Shown here: one piece after another, positions 8,683 through 16,226 of the stretch
Position numbering within the stretch: the stretch's first letter is position 1
Layout of the letters: each line of letters begins with the position of its first letter
NCBI GenBank assembly: GCA_018985225.1
Contig: JADGIF010000092.1
Coordinates: 1-21,515, forward strand
Direction of reading: 5' to 3'
From: Amoeboradix gromovi X-113
Taxonomy: Eukaryota; Fungi; Sanchytriomycota
Length of the DNA stretch: 21,515 nt
Translations under genes and position numbers: made by a program
Notes under the pieces: model-generated
Seen by the model: the letters and a program-made list of their open reading frames with translations, nothing else
Databases searched by the model: none
Told to the model about the DNA's origin: nothing

Positions 8683-10028
8683 GGTGAAATTTTTCAGGAA
8701 CAAAAAAATTTATCTTTTCTACTACGGACCATTTAATATAACTAGTCAATTAAAAAACAGTTTCAATAGCGCCTGAATTTGTATTTAAATGGCACTTGAA
8801 AACATCAAACAATGCTAAACCTGTAGTTTAGTCACTGAAAACAATTCTAAATCTTTGATTTTCGCCATCTAAGTTTATCATGTATTAAACAGTAAGTCTC
8901 TCAATAACAATTCAGTGTGTTATTTTACAACTTCACTAGTATTATTTGAATTATCAGAATGATATTAAGCTGAACTCTAAGTAGCGTTTGATCTCCAAGT
9001 AACTGTTACTTCAATTCCATAAACTCTCTTGGTTGTGCGGATACCACTAATGGCTCTAAATATGGACTTTCTAATTTCAGTACCAGTTTTCTTTTTCTGC
9101 TCGTGGGATACCTTAAAATTCAAAATGTGAGTCACAGTTCCACCGTTTCTTACGCTGGTTTTAATATCAATTAACAAGAAAGATTGTATATATTCATATC
9201 TGTTGATGCAATTTTTATGAAAGACATTTGTGAAATATTTGAGACCCATCCTGACAAAATGTCCTTATTTCCAAGTGACAGGAACATTAAGAAACCATAC
9301 TACGAATCCGGCATCTTCATGTCATCAGATAAGAAAGAAAGACATCCAAATTCTGCCTTGTTTGTGAACAGGAGGACATTACCAACATCAATGCAGAATG
9401 TAAAATTTTCTAGAGAAGCTATCTTGAATGACTAAATGTTATCAATACTGTTTCTGAAATTACGGGATGGCGGATCCTGAAGACTCTTTCAATAATATGT
9501 TGTGGATGATAGTCGTCCCTATTACGTCACTTTTCACCTAAAGCACTTGACAAGTCTACAGAGTCTTCTGATTTTGTAGTGTGAAAATACCATATTCCTC
9601 CAAAAAATCTTCAGAACGCACTCATCACACACCTGTGGTTTTTCATCGGAGGCGCTATCAGGCGCATCACAATAATCAACTTCGTCATTTACTTTCTTGA
9701 TTCTTTTGATCGGAATTTTCAATTTCTTATAGCCTGCTATTTCGAATTAAAATTTAGATGACCCGAATGCTGCAATTGTGATAATAAACACCATATGTGT
9801 CAGCTTTAGCATAAATAGGCTTAAATGCTACTACCAAGTAGCCTGTAATTAAGAAATTTATAATAACTAATTGGAGAACTTCGCAGTTTTCGAACTTCTG
9901 CAAGTGCAGTCTTGAGTTCTAGAAAGCTTATTTTTGCTAGGAAGGAATGACAGTATTGGGTTAATAAAAGTTCACTCCATAACTCTTAGAAGAAAGTTCT
10001 CCATAGTGTTTTCAGATTTTAAAAATTT

Positions 10029-13000
10029 ATGCAACTTCAAAAAGTAATAAATCCTGTCGGCATTCAGCTGATTCCAAAAAAGTGGCAACAGTCTTTGTTT
10101 AATCAAGAACGTAAGCCATATATTCATGAATTAGCAGAATTGAGTAAATCTCATTTGCAAAAACATCTTCCAAATAGAGCGAGTTCTTTAGCAAAAGTGC
10201 CTGAGATAACTATCCCAAGATTACTTGGTGGCACCTTAACCAATCATTTCCATACTTTGGGTTCTCGGTATCTGAAAGATATAAATCCCTTGATTCAGTT
10301 AATAATCAATAACAACCCAGTGCGGCCCAAAGAGTGGTCTCGAAAGCCTGGATGGACAAAATACTCCATAGAACCAGAGTCGATTGCTTACCCCACAGAG
10401 CAGGTTTATATACTTGATGCTGAAGTGTTGGTTCCCGTTTCTAAATACCCTATTTTAGCAGTTGCAAAGAGCCGCTTGTATTGGTATTCGTGGTGCGCAC
10501 CATGGTTCCATAGCACTAGTGATTCTGCAATGTCATATGTTAATTCGTTAGACATAAATAGAAAACTAATAACTTTTGGAGAAAATAATAAGAAACTGTT
10601 TATTGGTCATAATGTTGCATATGATCGTCAAAGAATTCTGGAGGAGTACATAAATCCCAATTGTAACTATGAATACCTTGACACGCTTAGTATGCATATT
10701 ACTGTCTGTGGTCTGAGTAGTCAGCAAAGACCCTCGTATTTAAAGCAAAACAAGCTTGCAAATGAACAAATTCAACCAGATAAAGATATGATGAATTGGA
10801 ATGACTTACAAACTGATAAGTGGGTGCAAGAAACATCCACAAATAGCTTGCTAGAAGTTGCAAAATTCCATTGTAAAATCCATCTTAACAAAGCAGTCAG
10901 AAATGTATTTGTTAAAGGAAGAATAGAGGAAGTCCAAAAAAATGCTCAAGAATTATTTGATTATTGTGCTGATGACGTTGATGCCACGCATGAGGTATTT
11001 AAAGTCTTATATCCAAAGTATTTAGTAAAATGCCCTCATCCAATCTCTCAAGCGGGACCCATGATGATGATCAAAGCTAGTTTGCCTATTAGCAACAGAT
11101 GGGATAAATTCATTAAGATAAATGAAGATAAAACGGTGAAAATAGCAACTGATATCGAAAACGATTTATTGAATTTGGCGTTCAAAGCTCTTGATGACAT
11201 TATAATCCGGGGTCCACTGTTACCAGAATCTATAACCAAGACAATCACACCTGTGACAGCGTTGAAATTAGAGCATCATGAGTACTGTACCGTGGATCTA
11301 AAGAAACTAGCTAGCAGAAAGCATTTCTGCTTCCTAGACTGGAGAATTCCCTGCGCTAGGTTTACTATTAAAGGTCTTCCTGTCAAATCTCAAAAATTGA
11401 GAAATTATCCTTTGTGGGTACACCAGCTGTTTACAGGTAAGAACCTAAAGTTGACTCATAAAATGAAGCATGCCGTGTATTTGTTGGAGACTAAATATGA
11501 TGGAAATATCGTATGCTTTCATCCTATACACGGATATTGCATAGTATCTAACGATACAGATAGATACCAGCATCTGCAGTGCGAACGATTTGAAGCAGTA
11601 TTTAGGGCTTCATATAAGAACAAATCTAAGCTTTCTTATTCCAGTAAAACCAATGATGATCTAGTGGAGCAGCAAGAATCTTCTCTATTCAAAGAATTTG
11701 AAAACTCGTATTTTATTAGACTTTCTACTCAAGAAACTATGATGGGTATATTTTACACAAGGCAATTGACTACTCAGTCTAAAAGAATAAGTACCTGCAA
11801 TAAAGAGTGTTTAAGCAATATATTTGAGCTATCAACTAACGCTGCTTACTGGGTTTCAGCTAGAAAGAGAATTGACTCACAGTTTATTGTACCGGTAAGT
11901 AGGCTGCCTAAACACAAAGGTGTTGTGTTGCCGATGGTCATCCCAAGTGGTACTGTAACCCGTCGCAGTGTGGAACCAACATGGGTTACTGCAGCGAACG
12001 TAAAAAAAGGAAGATTTGGGAGTGATCTAAAAATGCAAGTAGAAGCACCTGATTCTTACAAGATTATAGGTGCAGATGTAGATAGTGAAGAATTGTGGAT
12101 TGCTTCACTTTTAGCCGATGGTCAATTTCAAATGCATGGGAGCAGTGCCATAGGATTCATGACACTACAAGGTATAAAGAAAGATGGAACAGATATGCAT
12201 TCAGTAACTGCTAAGCTAGTAGGTATTAGTAGAGATGAAGCAAAGGGATTCAATTATGCTCGGATTTACGGCAGTGGGGTGCAGCACGCTGCTAGAACAT
12301 TAGAAATTGGGCAACAAATTAGTCAAGAGGACTCTCAAATAAAAGCAAAGCAGTTGTTTTTGGGCACAAAAGGGAATAAACTAGATTTAAGATGGGTTGA
12401 TAAATACAAGTTACCTCGCAAAGTATGGTGTGGTGGAACAGAGAGCATGATGTTTAACATACTAGATAATGCTGCCGACTTGAGTTATCCCTCCACTCCA
12501 ACCTTAAGAGCTGTAATTCCAGATACTTTGTTGCCAATGAATGTGGACAGAGATTTTGCGACTACCCGTATTAACTGGATTGTACAAGGGAGTGGGGTAG
12601 ACTACTTGCACATGCTTTTAGTATTAATGGACTACTTTATAAAGCGGAGTAGAATAGATTGCAAGTTTATGATCAGTGTTCATGATGAAATAAGGTACAT
12701 TTGCCATGATGCGGATGTATATAAAGCTAGTTTGATGTTACAGCTTAGCAATCTTTTAACTAGAGCATTCTTTAGCGAGAGAATTGGTGTATATTCACTT
12801 CCGTTGCAATGCAGCTTCTTTAGCGCTGTGGATGTTGATACAGTGCTAAGAAAAGATCCATTTACCAGCAGTGAGACATTTCCAGATATAAATCATGGCT
12901 ACACGATGGACATAAACCAACTGCTAAAAGAAATAAATTGCGATGAACTTGTTAATAGCTTGGAGACTGATGAGGATTACGATAGCGGGCACTCTGTGTT

Positions 13001-13274
13001 GCCATATATAGATATGGTTACGCCTTTCATAAATAACAAGAAAGAGAATCATTTAAAATGGTTAGAGATGCAAATCGCTGATAATAAGGATGAATTTTAT
13101 GAGCATGCTAACCAACTAAAAGAGATGATAAAGGAAGAGATGCGCACAGACGAATGTTCCCGTGGTAAAAAAGACCATATGAATAAAATGGGGAAGACGC
13201 AAAAAAGAAGCGATGCTGATTTTTTTACTGAGAAAGTGATCATAGGGATACGAAAGAGTGGTAAGAAGGCTTAG
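10029..13274 (+). CDS. MIP1: Mitochondrial DNA polymerase gamma catalytic subunit
   Basis: Exo I LDAEV, Exo II IGHNVAYDRQRI, Exo III YCADDV; Pol A GADVDSEELWIA (fungal-type), Pol B RDEAKGFNYARIYG, Pol C ISVHDEIRY; GTVTRRSVEPTW. Confidence 0.97.
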   Translation: MQLQKVINPVGIQLIPKKWQQSLFNQERKPYIHELAELSKSHLQKHLPNRASSLAKVPEITIPRLLGGTLTNHFHTLGSRYLKDINPLIQLIINNNPVRPKEWSRKPGWTKYSIEPESIAYPTEQVYILDAEVLVPVSKYPILAVAKSRLYWYSWCAPWFHSTSDSAMSYVNSLDINRKLITFGENNKKLFIGHNVAYDRQRILEEYINPNCNYEYLDTLSMHITVCGLSSQQRPSYLKQNKLANEQIQPDKDMMNWNDLQTDKWVQETSTNSLLEVAKFHCKIHLNKAVRNVFVKGRIEEVQKNAQELFDYCADDVDATHEVFKVLYPKYLVKCPHPISQAGPMMMIKASLPISNRWDKFIKINEDKTVKIATDIENDLLNLAFKALDDIIIRGPLLPESITKTITPVTALKLEHHEYCTVDLKKLASRKHFCFLDWRIPCARFTIKGLPVKSQKLRNYPLWVHQLFTGKNLKLTHKMKHAVYLLETKYDGNIVCFHPIHGYCIVSNDTDRYQHLQCERFEAVFRASYKNKSKLSYSSKTNDDLVEQQESSLFKEFENSYFIRLSTQETMMGIFYTRQLTTQSKRISTCNKECLSNIFELSTNAAYWVSARKRIDSQFIVPVSRLPKHKGVVLPMVIPSGTVTRRSVEPTWVTAANVKKGRFGSDLKMQVEAPDSYKIIGADVDSEELWIASLLADGQFQMHGSSAIGFMTLQGIKKDGTDMHSVTAKLVGISRDEAKGFNYARIYGSGVQHAARTLEIGQQISQEDSQIKAKQLFLGTKGNKLDLRWVDKYKLPRKVWCGGTESMMFNILDNAADLSYPSTPTLRAVIPDTLLPMNVDRDFATTRINWIVQGSGVDYLHMLLVLMDYFIKRSRIDCKFMISVHDEIRYICHDADVYKASLMLQLSNLLTRAFFSERIGVYSLPLQCSFFSAVDVDTVLRKDPFTSSETFPDINHGYTMDINQLLKEINCDELVNSLETDEDYDSGHSVLPYIDMVTPFINNKKENHLKWLEMQIADNKDEFYEHANQLKEMIKEEMRTDECSRGKKDHMNKMGKTQKRSDADFFTEKVIIGIRKSGKKA

Positions 13275-13284
13275 TTTGCAATTG

Positions 13285-13413
13285 TGGGACAGAGCTGTAA
13301 TATGCACAGATATTCACCATAACGTTTGGGACTCCCCCTAGCATGCGTATAAAGCTATTTTGCTATCTTGTGTAGTTTCTGCTTTTGTAGAAATAAATTA
13401 GTTTCTTATCAGT
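13285..13413 (+). mobile_element. Orphan 3' end of a Fanzor/IS607-like element
   Basis: Shares AGCTGTAATWTGCACA (13293-13308 vs 20941-20956) and TAAATTAG(C)TTTCTTATCWGT (13394-13413 vs 20971-20991) with the 20.7-21.0 kb relic; contains short hairpins; WDRAV resembles decayed TnpB DRDxN. Confidence 0.5.
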
Positions 13414-13538
13414 TAAACACATTTATTAAGATTTTTGTTAAAATGCTAATTACAAAACTCTTTTTAATCCCTAGAGAATCTTCCGCACAGTATTAGGGTA
13501 TAATAAGACACCACCTAGTCAGACTGCAAAAAACAAAT

Positions 13539-14774
13539 TCAAAATTCATATTCCTCATTAACATCAAAAAAATTATCAGAATCACTCTCTGTATAGAAGT
13601 TGGTATCAAACTGCAAATGATACATCATCTCTTGCAAGTACTCGTCGTCGTTCAAGTCCTCTACATATTCCCAATTCGTTTCTAGAAGAAGGAACTCCTC
13701 GGTGACTTCATGTATAAAATCCAACACCATAATATCTTGACACGCTACGCTTTCCTCACCCGAAATGGCAAATACGTGCATGCCTTTTATGAACTTGTAA
13801 AAATAACTGTTAAATGGTGGCTCAAACTTGTTCATAAATACTAGCTCCCCGCTAAAAGATATCTTGACAAAATATTTGGCAGTATTCATGTAATCAACAC
13901 ATTGAAAAAACAGTTGCGCATGGTCTTCATCATAAAACTCAAATTGAAACTCAACACTACAGAATGTCATTATAACAGGCGGAAATAGCATTTGCATGTT
14001 ATTGTTGGTGCAAGTAAGATGTTTTACTTGATCTGGTATTTCAAATATACCAGAGCAGGAGAGATTTACTAAACTCGGCAAATGTTTAAATGAAAAATAA
14101 ACAGATTCTGAAAAGTCACCCTGAACCATCAAGGATGTTATGCTGGGAAATACCAAATCAAAGAACACGAAGTCAAGGTATGAATGTTCATTCACAACCA
14201 AATTAGTGATCCTATATAGCGGTGGTATGTTTGAGTAACTAGATATACCATCGTATGAGTTGGAACTATTGATTAACAAATGGGTCAGCAAATGAAGATC
14301 ATTAACGGACTTCAATGCTGTTGAAGGAAAGTTGATCTCCAGTAGTTTTAATTCTGTTAAATATGAAATACTATTCAAAACTAATTCTGAATCTAATTCT
14401 GAACATAGCAGTTCATTTAACCCAGTAACCTGGGACAAAATACGAGGAAGGTTGTTGAAAGGATCCACGTCGTCCTCAATAATTAACGTCTTCAGGTTTG
14501 AAAACTGAGAAAAGTCGAACTCTGTAAACTCTTTAGTCAAATTTATCAGCGATATTTCCAACTTCTGAATAAATGATAAGTATGGGAAAATTTGACTACT
14601 CAAATGAACTGATTGCTCAGGAAACTCTATGTACTGATATTTGGATTTTAGGTACAACTGTGTCAATTCTTTATTGACCAAAAACATATGGCTTGGGCAA
14701 TAACTTAGTATAGCAATTACCAGCTCTGATGGGAAGGGATCAATAGCTGTCATCGTATCAAAGGAGAATTTCAT
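13539..14774 (-). CDS. F-box / leucine-rich-repeat protein
   Basis: N-terminal IDPFPSELVIAILSY F-box-like motif, then LRR-like repeats (FSNLKTLII, LTELKLLEI, FPSITSLMV, LPSLVNLSC), acidic tail. Confidence 0.65.
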   Translation of the reverse strand: MKFSFDTMTAIDPFPSELVIAILSYCPSHMFLVNKELTQLYLKSKYQYIEFPEQSVHLSSQIFPYLSFIQKLEISLINLTKEFTEFDFSQFSNLKTLIIEDDVDPFNNLPRILSQVTGLNELLCSELDSELVLNSISYLTELKLLEINFPSTALKSVNDLHLLTHLLINSSNSYDGISSYSNIPPLYRITNLVVNEHSYLDFVFFDLVFPSITSLMVQGDFSESVYFSFKHLPSLVNLSCSGIFEIPDQVKHLTCTNNNMQMLFPPVIMTFCSVEFQFEFYDEDHAQLFFQCVDYMNTAKYFVKISFSGELVFMNKFEPPFNSYFYKFIKGMHVFAISGEESVACQDIMVLDFIHEVTEEFLLLETNWEYVEDLNDDEYLQEMMYHLQFDTNFYTESDSDNFFDVNEEYEF

Positions 14775-14905
14775 GATTCATAATAAATAGTGGGGTTAGA
14801 TTAATTAATCCGTCAATCAATTTTATCTTAAATTTCACGAGTTGTAGCCGGTGCTTTTTTTGAAATTAGGAACTTGCTCAGGGACAAGGAACAAACACCA
14901 AAATA

Positions 14906-16204
14906 ATGAGATTTGAGACTGATGCAAGATTTAGGAAACCGCAAAAGAAGAACTTGAAATTAGAATTGGACGATCGATTTAAAGACGTGCTAAAAAATGA
15001 GTTTTATGAAGGTGCACCTGTTGACAAGTTTGGAAGAGCAGGAAATGAAGATGCCCAATTTATGAAAAAGCAGTTTGATTATGATTTAGTATCTGATGAT
15101 GAAAAATCGGTTCAGGAAGAGATGGACGACGATCCAGTAATTGAGATGGATAAAGTTCTTGACCCTGAGGAAATAGAGTTGGGTGAAACTTCTAATCGCC
15201 TCGGTTTGGTAAATATTGATTGGGACAATATTAAAGCGCAAGATATATTTATGCTGATGGACTCATTTACTAAAAGTCCTGGTGACGTATTAACTGTGCA
15301 CATTTATGAGTCTGAATTTGGCAAAGATAGAATAGCTCACGAGCAACTTAACGGTCCACCCAAAGAGATATTCAATGATGATGATGATAAAGAGAATCCT
15401 TTCAACATGCCTGAGTTACGCAGGTATCAGCTGGAGCGGATGAGGTACTACTTTTGCATAATTGTCTTCAAGGATACTTTGGCTTGTGAGGCTGTTTTTA
15501 ACGCATGTGATGGCCAAGAATTGGAATTGACAAGCAATTCTCTAGACTTGAGGTATGTGCCTCCTGGTACTGATTTTAATGATAGCATTGTTCACGATGA
15601 ATGCCTAGAAATACCATCTAAATATGAGCCATTGCATTTTGAGACCAAAGCTTTGCAGCATTCTAACATAAAGCTGACTTGGGACAAGGACGAGATAGAA
15701 AGACAAAAGATGGTAAAAAGGCTACAAAATGGCGATCTAGAAAACCATTCTCAGCTGATAGCAAGCTGCAGTGAAAGCGAACAAGATTTTGATGTCTCGG
15801 CACTAAAAAAACCAGAATCAGATTTGGAAGAAGACGTGCTAGACATAAAGTTCCAGCCTCAGTTTGTTCAAAGTAAGTCACAACTTGACATGAGTTCTTC
15901 AAGTAGTGATGAAGATATTCAGCATTTTGACATGAGAGATGTCGCTAGAGCATCAAAGGCTAATCACATGAGCAAATGGAAGAAGAGAAAGGTTGCTAAA
16001 CTACTTAAAAGCGGTAAGATTGATAAAGATGAAGCTAATAGAATGACTGGTGTTATTAATGACAAGTTCACTGTTGATCTCAAAGATCCTAGATTTCAGA
16101 ATATGTTCAATGACCCTAATTATCATGTTGATAAGTTAGATTCGCATTTTACAAAAACTCGCAATTCTGCAGCAATTTTGAACCACTCGAATTTAGATGA
16201 ATAA
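14906..16204 (+). CDS. ESF1: Pre-rRNA processing protein ESF1
   Basis: DDRFK, APVDKFGR, RLGLVNIDWDNIKAQD, LRRYQLERMRYY, LDLRYVP, ALQHSNIKLTWD and C-terminal NUC153 DLKDPRF. Confidence 0.93.
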   Translation: MRFETDARFRKPQKKNLKLELDDRFKDVLKNEFYEGAPVDKFGRAGNEDAQFMKKQFDYDLVSDDEKSVQEEMDDDPVIEMDKVLDPEEIELGETSNRLGLVNIDWDNIKAQDIFMLMDSFTKSPGDVLTVHIYESEFGKDRIAHEQLNGPPKEIFNDDDDKENPFNMPELRRYQLERMRYYFCIIVFKDTLACEAVFNACDGQELELTSNSLDLRYVPPGTDFNDSIVHDECLEIPSKYEPLHFETKALQHSNIKLTWDKDEIERQKMVKRLQNGDLENHSQLIASCSESEQDFDVSALKKPESDLEEDVLDIKFQPQFVQSKSQLDMSSSSSDEDIQHFDMRDVARASKANHMSKWKKRKVAKLLKSGKIDKDEANRMTGVINDKFTVDLKDPRFQNMFNDPNYHVDKLDSHFTKTRNSAAILNHSNLDE

Positions 16205-16226
16205 ATCTATTACACTAATATGTTTA

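Larger units (their letters stand above)
7934..8729 (-). mobile_element. Degenerate IS607-family / Fanzor2 element (tnpA + tnpB-like + structured right end); boundaries tentative
   Basis: TnpA and Fanzor2 remnants in tandem on minus strand, then terminal hairpin; GAC trinucleotide at both inferred ends (7934-7936, 8727-8729), no TIRs. Confidence 0.75.

Noticed and set aside
9444-9459. 15/16 match to MITE subterminal sequence 2279-2294
   Set aside because: No TIR or further similarity beside it; plausible chance match in AT-rich DNA.
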